Positions 1 to 11,607 of a stretch of DNA of 33,067 nt are shown one piece after another. Source of the DNA: Octopus bimaculoides (lineage: Eukaryota); NCBI RefSeq assembly GCF_001194135.2, contig NC_068993.1:47475-80541 (forward strand), in the 5' to 3' direction. Position 1 is the first letter of the stretch, and each line of letters begins with the position of its first letter. The position numbers were made by a program, and so were the translations under genes. The notes below the pieces were generated by a model. That model was not told the origin of the DNA. It did no database searches and was given only the letters and a program-made list of their open reading frames with translations.

Positions 1-45
<45 letters not shown>
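1..45. repeat. (TA)n microsatellite
   Basis: Pure TA run at window start. Confidence 0.98.
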
Positions 46-48
<3 letters not shown>

Positions 49-672
49 CTGCAAGACCCTAAGAGTATTTCGGTGGTAGTGGCAGAGTGGAAGGGAGAGT
101 TGTCATGTATGAATACGAGATTCCTGAGAAGTGACAGCAGTATGTCATCTAGCCAAGAATCCAAGACCTCTTTCAGATTACAGCAGGTGGTTGCAGTCAC
201 TTTAACCTCATCAGGAACCCTGACTGGGCCAACAAATCTGTCCTCAATGATACCAGCCTGGAACATGACTCCTCTACCCTGTTGTGGATGTTGTAATCCT
301 TGGTGACACTCATCTCTAAAACAGACCCAACCATTTGCCCATCTGTCAGGTTTATCAAGAGTCATCCTAGTTTTGACTCGTGTCTAACATCATGTACTTT
401 TGGGCCCATTGAAGCCTAAACATCCTGTGACAGGTCGTTAAAGGAAGCAGTTTCAGGGGCTCTTACACAGAAGCCATGGTCCTGAGAATGCAATTTCTGG
501 TGGTTTTTGGTACATGAGAAAGTCCAGAGGCAGTGAAAATAGCTTTGCTTGTTTGTCCAGGTCTCTCATGTAACTTGCAGCCAATATTCCTTAAATCCTT
601 AGCTGTCACAATCTTGGAGGTCCCACAATCAGATTGTTTCTTCCTTGATACACATGTGGCTAAATAATTCAT
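46..672 (-). mobile_element. Tc1-like DD(E) transposase remnant (pseudogenised, truncated at a (TA)n tract)
   Basis: Minus-strand translation across a frameshift gives ...TLDKPDRWANGWV...QQGRGVMFQAGIIEDRFVGPVRVPDEVKVTATTCC...LVFIHDNSPFHSA, matching the Tc1 catalytic region (GG.VM.W and HDNAP.H motifs); contains stops and a frameshift; no TIR seen. Confidence 0.8.
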
Positions 673-1566
673 TATGTCAATAAATGCTATAATATTATTA
701 TGGTTTTTTTGTTAAATTTATACTCAATGTATGCTTAATATGTATCATTACCCTTCATTTTCTGAAAAAAAAAAAATGTTTGCATGGGCTGTTTTCATTC
801 AAAAGCTATTAGTGTGGTTCACCCAAAAACTGAAGAATCTGACATAAAAAGGAAAGGATGTTACACAGAATAATGAAAACATAACAATGGTGTTGTCATA
901 GTGTGCAAACCAGGCAGGAAAAGTTTTATCAAAATTGATTTACAGAAAACTGAGAAAACCTGAATTTCACTCCTAAGCTATTAGCGCAGTTCTGGCTGTG
1001 TATAGATGCGCTCACACTTGCACACACACACACAGTGCTTCCAGAGATCAGTTTCCTCAATGAGGGCAGATCTTCTCAAGAACCACATTGAGCATCCACT
1101 CATACATACAATACCAAGAATATCATAAAACAAGTTTCAATGTTACAAAAGCAAAACAATACACATAAGCAATTATAGCAAATAATCTTGTTCATTTGAA
1201 GTAACTGAGCTACATGAAATGCTTTTTTTTTTTTTCCGTCTTTCGAGAGATATTAAAAGCAAATAAATAAAACCCATTTTCTAAATCAGTGTGACAAAAT
1301 TAAATTTCCTTGCCCCAAATAGATTTGTGTGTCTGGGATACAAAGCCATGATCCAAGAGCTACTGAGAGGCTAACTGATCTTATTAATAAGGGTACCGTG
1401 CAGCTACAAAATGAAGAGTTTATAAAGACATAACTCACCCTGTTGAGAATATTGGCTGCTTTGAGTGTACTTCAAAGGTGCATTTATACTTGTGACCACT
1501 CTGAATAAATTTAGGGAAGAAAAGCAATGAATGAGATTATTATAAATAGAGTTAAGTACTTGGCCC

Positions 1567-1755
1567 TAATTAAAAGCATTATATTGGGCAAAATCTGATC
1601 AGAGGAGTAGAAAAGACATGTTATGCTTCCAAAACATCCCAGTAGACAACAATAGCCTGTTGAGAGATAATTTGGAAGCATAACATCTAATAACCTAATG
1701 GTATGTCTTTTCTACTCCTCTGATCAGATTTTGCCCAATATAATGTTTTTAATTA
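1567..1755. repeat. Fold-back / MITE-like inverted repeat (~189 bp)
   Basis: 1567-1619 is the reverse complement of 1703-1755 (52/53 match); inner arms 1620-1633 and 1671-1684 are perfect; TAATTA at both ends. Confidence 0.85.
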
Positions 1756-1995
1756 CTGGAATTTAATTCTTTGGACAAAATCGAAATAGCTGTAAGAGAA
1801 TATGTTGAATATTTTATGCCTACAATTCATAGATAAAAACCTTACTTTCCTCACGAAACCTGATGCATGTGTCATATGGTTCATCTTTTTTGACATCCTA
1901 AATAATTATATACATACCTTTAGAAATTTTTTAAAAATTCGCTGATATTTTACTTGTTTATTTTCATATGATGCACATTTCGATCCAAACTTTTC

Positions 1996-2044
1996 GGTCA
2001 AACCCCTTTAGTTTGACCAAGTGGTCAAACTAAAGGGTTTGACC
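1996..2044. repeat. Nested palindrome built from four GGTCAAAC/GTTTGACC units
   Basis: ggtcaaacccctttagtttgacca-ag-tggtcaaactaaagggtttgacc; arms differ by one extra C. Confidence 0.9.
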
Positions 2045-2069
2045 AACTTTTTTATACGGGGCACACATA

Positions 2070-2690
2070 AAACAATCACTTTTTGTTCTTTAATGTACTC
2101 TAAAACATTATTTATATTCACTACATTAGCCATTCATAGTTCACAAACTGTATCCCCTTTTTATAAAAAATTGCCTAATGAAAATCTTAACTTCCGTATT
2201 TTTATATAAAACAAAAACCGGTTCACACCGACATTCTTTCTTAAAATATATAAACTTATCACCGTATTCTTATTATTGTTCATATTTTCTCTTCTCTGGC
2301 TTCCTTATAGTAACTAATTTCTTAACAGGAACCTCGATATATTCTCATCCTAGTTTCTTACTGTTTAGCACTATTAACATAACATCTATCTCTATTTTTA
2401 TTTATATCAAACCCGTGTATAACAAACTTAAACATAAGTACTTTATAGACTATTAACAACCGTATTCTTATTTTTTCCCCCATTATCTTTGCTTAATCTG
2501 TCCTCCACAGGTCTTCCTGCCATCTAGTATTACTAATATCAAATCAAATTTGGTTTTAAGCATCTACTATTTCACTTAGCCTAATAATCTACCTACAAAT
2601 TAAATCCCTATTAGAACTCCACGCCACTTTTTGTTTTCCCTATAAACCCCTTTCTGCTATATTTTATTCATTTCCCTACATATATAGGTG
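2070..2690 (-). mobile_element. Possible highly degraded LINE endonuclease (APE) region
   Basis: Minus-strand fragments KWRGVLIGI, IRIRLLIVYK and LVTIRKPEKRKY loosely resemble APE motifs (RGVAIL, I.NVYAP, L.D.WR); many stops; very AT-rich. Confidence 0.35.
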
Positions 2691-3474
2691 TGTTTTTCTG
2701 TATCCATATCCATATGCCTACATATACTTTTTTTTTTTTTTATATGTGTATGCCTGTGTTCATGCATCTATCTGAGCAGATATAAGTGTGTTCATATGCA
2801 TGTTTATTTATTTTCTGCACATATATGCTCAATTAAATTACGCATGAGCCACTATATAATTGACATTTCCTATCCTATTCTCGTTAACCTCTCAACTACA
2901 TTTAAATATGTACCTGCACCCCCTAATCAATAACTGGTCAAGCATTACAACGGCTTTTTTTTTTTTTTTTTTTTTTTAATTTCTATCCATCCTGAATCAA
3001 GACAACATATGCATCTCTCACTAAACCAATAAGAATCATCCATAGAATTTAGTTTCTCCTTATATTAAATTTATTGTACATTACATTACTTTTTATATTT
3101 TTATTCTTATTTCACTTTATTTCGTCTTAATGTTCTGTCACCTTTTTAATTTATTATATTATAATCATATTTATTACTTTTGCATACTTCTTTCTTTTTT
3201 TTCATTTATTTATCTGTTTACTAATTATAATATTTTGTATATTTATATAGCATATCCACAAATATTCGAAACCTACCAATCAACTAGAATCTCTAATTAT
3301 AGTTTTTAATTTTAACCTGCTTACACCATACACTTCCCTCAAAAGATATAATGACCACCTAAGTGAAGTTAGCTCTTTTTGAACCCTGAAGAAGTCCAAC
3401 CATAAAAAAAAGTATGAATGTCGCAATTTCCTTGACATTAAACAACATGTTTTGGAGATTCCCATCTACTTTTT

Positions 3475-3479
<5 letters not shown>

Positions 3480-3529
<50 letters not shown>
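3480..3529. repeat. (TA)n microsatellite
   Basis: TA run directly abutting a SINE. Confidence 0.97.
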
Positions 3530-3531
<2 letters not shown>

Positions 3532-3843
3532 ATCGCGGTTTCGATTCCCAGACCGGGCGTTGTGAGTGTTTATTGAGCGAAAACGTTTAAAGCTCCATGA
3601 GGCTCTGACAGGGTTTGGTGGCGAACCCTGCTGTACTCTTTCACCCTTACTTCCTGTTTCTGTTGTGCCTGTAATTCGAAGGGTCGGTCAGCCTTGTCAC
3701 GCTGAATATCCCCGAGAACTATGTTAAGGGTACACGTGTCTGTGGAGTGCTCAGCCATTTGCACATTAATTTCACGAGCGGGCTGTTCCGTTGATCGGAT
3801 CAACTGGAACCCTGGACGTTGTAAGCGACGGAGTGCCAACAAC
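3530..3843 (+). mobile_element. tRNA-derived SINE, 5'-clipped
   Basis: B-box-like GGTTTCGATTCCC at 5' end, GC-richer body, (CAA)n tail; head related to 11608-11747 and 25850-26065. Confidence 0.7.
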
Positions 3844-4019
3844 ATTTATTTATATAGATAGATATAGATATATCAAATACATATGAGTGCATTTGAGACT
3901 TTCTTCAGGAGATTGTTATAATTTTAATATATCATTACTATACTTTTGTTATTCCTGGCTGAAGACGATAGCTCTAACAGCAATTTGAACACATTCTACT
4001 AGACATTATCACAGTTGGG

Positions 4020-4450
4020 ACATGAAGACAATTTAGAAGCTTGCTATGCAATATTTGAGTTAGACTGGGCAAAGATGATGCAAAAATTTCTGAGATGCTC
4101 TAAATTGCTTATCAATTAATTTTTATGAACCAAACATCTGTTTTTCATTGACACAAGAGGCGAGGCAGAGCTCATGATAATCTCCTTTTTCGACAGCAAG
4201 AACATCATATTTACATCCACTGGGTTCCCTCTGGCCAGACATTCAACAGAACGTACATGAGTACTTTGTGGGGGTTATGAGGGAGTTCAGGAAGAGATTT
4301 TGTCTCAAATAGACAGAGCACCTGCCCAAGGATAATGCATCAATCCAGGATTCCATCTTACTTGATAGAGATGGGCATCAAAACTATCCCTCATCCTCTC
4401 TACAATCTATACCTTTGCTGCCCATCACTTTTAGTTGTTCTCCAAGTTGA
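4020..4450 (+). mobile_element. Mariner transposase remnant (internally deleted)
   Basis: Fragments LGKDDAKISEML, LMIISFFDSK, HWVPSGQTFN, EYFVGVMREFRKRF, KDNA and YLIEMGIKTIPHPLY match the mariner N-terminus and catalytic domain up to the decayed YSPDL motif. Confidence 0.8.
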
Positions 4451-6170
4451 GGAAGAGGATGAAGACAAGGGTCCTGGACAGCCTCCCTTGACTTGCAACC
4501 CAAGAAAGGTTGCAAGTCAAGGGAGCCTCTAGTTAGTACCCAAATCTCTGAAATCAGATCAACCATTTTTATAAAAAGATAGAGGCATATTAAATAATAT
4601 AACTTGGATACGCCTAAAAAGAAAGGTTGGTCATAGTTGGAATGTCTTTCATTATAGGGTCAGTTCAATTAGGGCTGACTTGGAGCTATACATCAGAACT
4701 CACCTCACGACACAAGGTTAATTTTGAGATAGACATTTTTTTTTTAAATTTTTGAAGTGGGTGTTTTCACTTCTAGTGAACACACATAAACGCATAAATA
4801 ATGAAACCAAGCCAAGTGGGTATGTGTAAAGCAGTGCTTTCCAAAGTAATCCTTCATACTAGGGTGCATTAGCATATTTGTTAAACCATTGAATAGAATG
4901 GATTGCCTGCGGTTTTTTTTACATCTGTGTATTCTGATATCCAATTAAGATAGACTTTTTCTTTCATCCTTTTGTGGAATTCTGGAGAACAATTCTTTAA
5001 ATGGTCTGTTTCATCGAATATACACGGCACTTCAGATGCTCTTCAATTACAGCAGCTGTTTGTCGCCGATACGAGTAGAGTAGAGTTACTACTATATTAC
5101 ATCAAACAATACTTAGTTAAATATAAATTTTATACGATTACATATTTTCCCCAAAACAAACAAAAAGACATCACATGCATGTCATATATCATGCATATTT
5201 CCAAGGAAATGTGGAATGTATAAGATCAACAATTATGAGAAATATCGAAACGACGGCTAGAAAATTTACTTTCATTTTAACAAGAAAAATACATTAATTA
5301 TAAGATATAATGATGTATAAGAGCCATCAAAAATTTTGAAAAGATACAAATTCCTGGCGAATTAGTTTCAATTGGTCTCGCCAAAGAAATTCGAAATTGC
5401 GACCGAAACAATCTCGAGTAACCACATTCTTTTAATTCTCTATTTGTGTGATTCAATTTTTTGTATATCGCATCATCTGTATGCCGTGCACATTTTAACC
5501 AAAGCAGACTGTTTCGAAAGTCTAAAGAAAGGTCCAACTGCTCTCTGGACAAAGGAAAACAAACGTTGGATCTAACTTATTACACTGAAAAATTGTTTTC
5601 AGTAGATATGAAAAGGATTATCATAATAATTTTACTTACTCTGTAGCACAAACTTCGCATAGCTTTTCTAAGTATTCCATTACTAATTTTATATTCTCTG
5701 TAACGTATTAAACAATAAATATTATCAACTTTAGTCTCCAGGGGTAACATAATCAGAAGGGGAAGAACTCTTCATACACCAACGTAACGGTGATTAATAT
5801 TTTATTTTCTTGTTACATTATTTCCATTATCTAATTTTGAATCTTTGTTAAAACATGGAATATAATGCACTGTGGCGTTTTCATACGTCTCTTAATGTTT
5901 TTTGGAATTTAAATCCTACAAGGTTAACTTTTGTCACTCATCTTCCGAGTTGGAGAGAATAAAATATTTGTCATAAGTATTGTTGTGCTTGTTAAAGACT
6001 TCATAAACACTCTTGCGGCGCAGCACTTACAACAAATGTGTTCTACTGCAAGTTGGCCAATACTCTGTGCGTAGAATTTGACGGACAAAAACATTGAAGA
6101 TGATCGTCGTGTGTAAATGTATATAGTGCCGAGATACATCTCGCAGATGCTATAGAATGCATGGTCGGTG

Positions 6171-6290
6171 CACAAGTGTAGCTAGGGCGGTAGGGGTGGC
6201 ACTTTTGGGTCTGCTGTAGGCAATGTGTTGGCGTCCGGAGGCGGCAAACAGAACGTCCGCCCAGGGCGACACACTCTAGCTACGCTAGTG
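6171..6290. mobile_element. hAT-like MITE, copy 1
   Basis: TIRs cacaagtgtagctag / ctagctacgctagtg; 8-bp TSD ggtcggtg (6163-6170) / ggtcagtg (6291-6298). Confidence 0.85.
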
Positions 6291-6594
6291 GGTCAGTGAT
6301 GGTTTTAGGGTCCCAGGAGTTTTCGGCGATTGAATTCATACCTATCAAGTAAACTACAACACTTGACTTTTAACGTTTATATTCTCTATCCCATTAATCC
6401 GTGGAAATGGCTTGTATAAATGCGACTGACACGTATAAATATCAGTAAATTAAACGACATCAGTAAATCTGATATTAATTAAAAGAAATCATAGCGGTTG
6501 AGATTATAAACTTGAAAGTGAACAGTCCTCAAAAGTAACTTCGTTTAGTGTCAGTAAAGTGAAACATGTACGTGCACTGAAAAATATTTAATAA

Positions 6595-6802
6595 TCTCTC
6601 TCTCCTCCCCCTCCCTCTCCTCCCNNNNNNNNNNNNNNNNNNNNNNNNNNNNNNNNNNNNNNNNNNNNNNNNNNNNNNNNNNNNNNNNNNNNNNNNNNNN
6701 NNNNNNNNNNNNNNNNNNNNNNNNNNNNNNNNNNNNNNNNNNNNNNNNNNNNNNNNNNNNNNNNNNNNNNNNNNNNNNNNNNCCCTCTCCCCCCTCTCTC
6801 TC
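6595..6802. repeat. CT-rich simple repeat spanning assembly gap 6625-6782
   Basis: CT/CCT runs on both sides of the N run. Confidence 0.85.
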
Positions 6803-8089
6803 GCTTACTGGAGCAAATTTCTATAAATTTAGATTTACAGTGCAAGAGTTCAATTGTATCCAAAGATGCTAGGTGGCTATGAAGCAGTAAGATGCTATAA
6901 GGCATACATGAACTCCAGAAAGAGTTGTTTCCCTTGCTTGTTTTTAAATTATTTTTTTAGGGAGAAACTCACGAACGCTTTTGTAAATATCGTGTATTTT
7001 GTATTTCTAGACTGGAATAATCAGGTTCGTAAATGCATTTAGGCATCTTGATAAGATCAACACGTAGGCAAGGAAAAGATGAAAATATGCTCGCTTCGAA
7101 AATTAAACTGATTGAAATGGAAAAAATGGAAATAAATTTATAAACTTGTTTATAAAAATTTCAATAAAAACTTTGATATTAATTTGAAATTATCTAAAGA
7201 AGAAAAATAGGCTTCAAAAGTCCAACAGTCGCCAGTTTAAATCAAGCGTGTAGAATGACCTATTGACACATTTTGGATTTCTGTTAGAACATAGCAGTTA
7301 AAAACATCCATTTTGCTTCAGTTTTCTACATATTTATGAGAATTAGATTTTATTCTTCTTTCTCTAACATGAAATGGGGAGGGAGAGAGAGGGGAAGGGA
7401 GCGGAGAAGAAGAATGCTATCATTACATTTGAAGATGAAATGAGGGGATATTTATCTTAAATACATCCAAAATTGAAGAATGTAACCAAAACGATCAAGA
7501 TTATGTTTCCTCGTTGATGTGACTCTGCTACGTTTATTGAATGGAGTAAACGCTAATATTTTTCTGTACGTTAAAATTACGTGCACACTCACGTGTGTAT
7601 TCACGCTTTCTTGAAATACATTTTGTTACTTTATATATAAAGTGCCCCAAACTATATCTATTTGCTTCAAAATCCTTCCTGAATAATACTTTGGGCACTA
7701 TTGACCTGGTACGACAAATATCTGGCTGTTGGTAAGGAAGAAAAATTCTTGCAATTTCAACATAAATAAATGCCTATTAAGTAGGAAGTTGTTTATCCCA
7801 AAATACCAAGAATCACATTTTTCTTACTCATTGACATCCATTCTTTTACTCTCACTCTTACTTCATTTTAGTTTTCCTCTTAGCTTCCCGACACTTCTTT
7901 GAATCTTTAAACACATTTTACAAGGTGCAAAAATTGTCTGATATAGAACTCTACGTTTAGTGGAGTAGATAGACATGTTTATAATATCAAAAGTTGATAG
8001 TTTATTTTGAGCTTCGCCTTAGCTTCAGCTGATGATGATAGTCGTGTATAACCCAAACTGGGATGATATTCAGAGTAGACTGTCAACGC

Positions 8090-8126
8090 TGTGTGCGCAC
8101 GTGTGCGTGCGTGCGTGCGTGCATAT

Positions 8127-8165
<39 letters not shown>

Positions 8166-8205
8166 CACATCCGTACGTGCATGCATGCATACATACATAC
8201 ACTAT
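8090..8205. repeat. Compound microsatellite (GTGC)/(TA)/(TACA)
   Basis: Directly visible; a similar tract lies at 8540-8630. Confidence 0.9.
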
Positions 8206-8568
8206 ATAAAACGGAAATGAACTAAGAAAAATAACTCAGTGTGACCAGTGGCATATTTTTAAACAAGAAAGACTAATTAGGGTACATTAAATTCTATAGA
8301 AGACAAATTCTTGAAATATTGAATGTCTCCGCTTTTCAGAGAAGATAGGACAATTGCTTGGTAGCAATTCGAACCAACTCAAAAGTCAATGTACCCTTGA
8401 ATAATTAAAGAAAATGACCAACCTTAGAAAAACAAACACAATTACAAGTTCAATATTTGGACTTTGTGGAGTTTTCTATCCTTCCGTCTCGATCTAATTT
8501 TGCGTACTTAATTCAATTCTCCTCAAAATGCATACAATTACATACATACACATGTGCGTGCGGGCATG

Positions 8569-8631
<63 letters not shown>

Positions 8632-8841
8632 AAAATCGATAAAAAGACTACAGTGAACGTGTGGAATGGGAAACGCTACGTTACAGACAGTCCTTCGCAG
8701 AAAAGCTGAGAGGAGAGAAATTGATTAGAGACAGGAGTATCATTTCTTTGAAGTTCGTTTTATCACATATGCCTCTGTGTGTGTGTGTGTACACATACTG
8801 TTATAATGTAAATCCTCACTCACTTGTGTTATTGTCGGCAT

Positions 8842-9075
8842 TGTAATATTCTTGTCGCCGCGGTATTCCGCGTCTTATTATCTCTGACTCGTCTACCGAC
8901 CTATTGCTGAAAGCTACGCAAGACAATGACTTTGAAGCGTCTACCTTGACGGTAACTCGAACTCGTATATATCACGTAATTGACACTGACTCCAAATGAG
9001 AACTCGTACAACGACTCTATAACTACTGACTGCCAACAACGACTGACTGTCTGACTTTATAGTGGCTGGTTTATA
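8842..9075 (-). mobile_element. Probable LTR fragment (R-U5)
   Basis: Minus strand has TATAAA near 9060-9070, an AATAA-like signal, and ends ...ATTACA at 8842; adjacent to the gag remnant. Confidence 0.45.
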
Positions 9076-9084
9076 CCACTTTGT

Positions 9085-9480
9085 CATCGCCAATTTCTCG
9101 CTGCTTGGCAGTTGTATCGGTATGTTATCGAGAAAGCCATTTACGAAGGCTAGTCGTGCCGTCTTCTCTGGAACCTTTCCGTTAAAGCTAGGTAGCATGG
9201 CCAGTCTCCGAACCTCCATGGAATACTCGTCGACCTGTTCCCCTGTCCACTTGATCGTTCCCAGCTTAGCAAACGTAGTGTACATTCCCTCCGGATAGCC
9301 TTCCCTTAAGCGCTGCTCGGTCTTCATCGCGCCCAGCTACTCTTCCTCATCCATCTCGAGCTACAGCGCCAATGCGCTTCCCTCCAGATTACAGGGCCAT
9401 GAGACCTGCTACATCGTCGATGCCTTGTAGCCTGACCATCATCTTGATCTTACAGATGCAGGCGATTACATCTCCTTCGC
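9085..9480 (-). mobile_element. Ty3/Gypsy gag remnant
   Basis: Translation DVIACICKIKMMVRLQGIDDVAGLMAL / LEGSALAL*LEMDEEE / QRLREGY...IKWTGEQVDEYSMEVRRLA...ARLAFVNGFLDNI fits invertebrate Gypsy gag; stops and frameshift present; no pol. Confidence 0.75.
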
Positions 9481-9555
9481 TACAGAAAGGTCCGATTCTT
9501 ATCTATGAAATATGTTTATATTCGAAAGCCGAAATAGCTTGTGGTACGAGGAAAC

Positions 9556-10090
9556 TGTAACGCGGGGAATAAAACACGGTTCATCTGCTTCTCGTTGTTT
9601 GCTGTCCAACTACGTTAAGTCTGTAAGAAATATCTTCTTTATTCAACCTTTAGGTTAAATAACTAATTCCTTACATCAAACTTTAAGGAAAAATTTAAGA
9701 ACGGATAACGCAGTCTCTAAACCAGAAACATAACAATATTTATTCAAGGAGGAAACTAGGCATGGTTGTTGAGACACCGGAATGTTGGAGAGACAGCTTG
9801 ATACGACCACGCTCATGTGAGAGAGCTCTGTTGGACCTGTGTTACCTCTTCGCCTTGTTCCTTCCGGAACTATTCCCTGCGCATGCGTGGATGAAAACGC
9901 AGTAATGGCGACTGTATTTTGGCGCCAAATGACGTCACTACAAGTCCAAACAAGTACCCTACCTGTCTAACCCAAAGTTTGCAGCTGCTACTACCAATCC
10001 ATGGCCAAAAGAGGATGACCCTGGTCTTGCTTCCCTCGCTTCCTTTCGCACTCTTCCTGTTCCGGTAGGGCCCCTTAAGTGGACGTCACA
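9556..10090 (-). mobile_element. Putative LTR upstream of the gag remnant
   Basis: Minus strand begins TGTGACG at 10090, preceded by purine tract AGAAGGAAAGGGT (PPT-like), and ends ...GTTACA at 9556; AATAAA signals near 9640 and 9740. The boundaries are inferred and this could be two LTR pieces (possible break at 9735). Confidence 0.5.
9861..9937. promoter_or_regulatory. Cluster of housekeeping-promoter motifs (ETS, NRF1, YY1, E2F, CRE)
   Basis: CTTCCGGAA 9861-9869, TGCGCATGCGT 9878-9888, AATGGCG 9904-9910, TTTGGCGCCAAA 9918-9929, TGACGTCA 9930-9937. Motif matches only; activity unknown. Confidence 0.5.
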
Positions 10091-10830
10091 ACCCTTTCCT
10101 TCTGGGTTATCTCATCCCCTCACAGAAGACAGACAAATAGCTAGCTAGATCGCTCGATAGACAGACAGACAGATACATACATATATACACTATGTGTGTA
10201 TGTATCTGGTGACACATACGTAATGAAATCTATCAATGTGATAGTATATGTGATTTCATGTAACAAAAACTCACTTATATGCAAGTATCTAAATGTTCCT
10301 ATTTATAGGAAGGGTCAATGTCAGTCACTATTTAATAAGCCACGATAATGTTGAATTCCAGAAAAAAATTTTGGTGGATGGGTAAGAAAATTACTCATTT
10401 CTTTTTAATTATTGAAGGTCAATAACTGGGACAGTGCGTGGGTGAAAAAGAAAAACCCCGAACTTTCAAACAAACACTTGCATTGTTGCTGCTGTTTTAA
10501 GCGAAGGAAGCAAGCCAGAATCAGTTGTACTAGGTTGGAACGGAACAGAGAGATGACAAGAAAATTATTTCGAGGAAAAAAAAGTCCAGTGAAAATGAGG
10601 ATAATTATTTTAAAAAAATTATATGTTGTATGGACTGGACGAATTATTCAAGTCCAACACGACCCTTTCTGTTTTAAATACAAATCCAGCAGTGATCAAT
10701 TTTTCTTTTCATATATCTGGAGATCAATAACAAAGTGGTGGGGCTCAGATTAATCGATACATCCTAAACTTGGAATGTATTATACCCTAACATTGTGTCA
10801 ATGTCAGGATATAATATTTTCTAATAGATG

Positions 10831-11056
10831 AGGCAGAGTGGTTAGCACGCCGCGCGAAGTGCTTATCGGTGTTTCGTCTGCCGCTACGTTCTGAGTTCAA
10901 ATTCCACTGAGGTCGACTTTGCCTTTCATCCTTTCGGGGGTCGATTAAATAAGTACCAGTTACGCACTGGGGTCGATACAATCGACTTAATGCGTTTGTC
11001 TGTCCTTGTTTGTCCCCTCTGTGAATAGCCCCTTGTGGGCAATAAAGAAATAAGAA
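10831..11056 (+). mobile_element. tRNA-derived SINE (octopus-type family)
   Basis: A-box-like GCAGAGTGGTTAG, B-box GAGTTCAAATTCC, family body ...GTCGACTTTGCCTTTCATCCTTTCGGGG..., A-rich tail. Confidence 0.85.
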
Positions 11057-11253
11057 ACGTTAGCACGCCGGGCGAAATGTTTAGCGGTATTTCGTCTGTC
11101 TGTATGCTCTGAGTTCAAATTCCGCCGAGGTCGACTTTGCCTTTCAGCCTTTCGGGGTCGATAAATTAAGTACCAGTTGCATACTGAGATCGCTCTAATC
11201 GATTGACCCCCTCCCCAAAAATTTCGGGCCTTGTGCTTAGAGTAGAAAAGAAT
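11057..11253 (+). mobile_element. Second tandem copy of the same SINE family (different 3' end)
   Basis: Repeats GTTAGCACGCCG...GAGTTCAAATTCC...GTCGACTTTGCC...AAGTACCAGTT. Confidence 0.85.
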
Positions 11254-11282
11254 ATTTTCTGATATTTTAGAAGCATGTAATA

Positions 11283-11468
11283 TTGGTTTCAAATTTTGGT
11301 ACAAAGCCAGTAATTTCGGGGAAGAGATAGGTCGACTGCATTGACCCTAGTGTTAAACTGGTACATATTTAAGTTGACCTCAGAGGAATTTGAACTCAGA
11401 ACGTAAAGACGGTTGATATGTCGCTAAGCATTTTGCCCGGAAGGCTAACGATTCGGCCAGCTCGCTGC
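11283..11468 (-). mobile_element. Inverted, internally deleted copy of the same SINE family
   Basis: GGAATTTGAACTCAGAACG (reverse B-box) and CTAACGATTCGGCCAGCTCGCTGCC (reverse head). Confidence 0.8.
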
Positions 11469-11607
11469 CTCTACAAACATGTAATATCAAAAATAAAATA
11501 ATAAATAAACAAAATAAACAGCTACCAAAAGAGTCTCTATATGATCGATCGAATTGCTTGAAAAAGTAGCGATATTTAATAAAAATCACTCCTTATAAAC
11601 CTAAATA

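Noticed and set aside
6841-6886. Possible 46-nt + strand exon (tttacag...gtaaga)
   Set aside because: Weak polypyrimidine tract, no recognisable homology, no partner exons.
10831-11253. CRISPR-like repeat-spacer appearance
   Set aside because: Only two long diverged units with Pol III boxes, in a eukaryotic context with no cas genes; these are SINEs.
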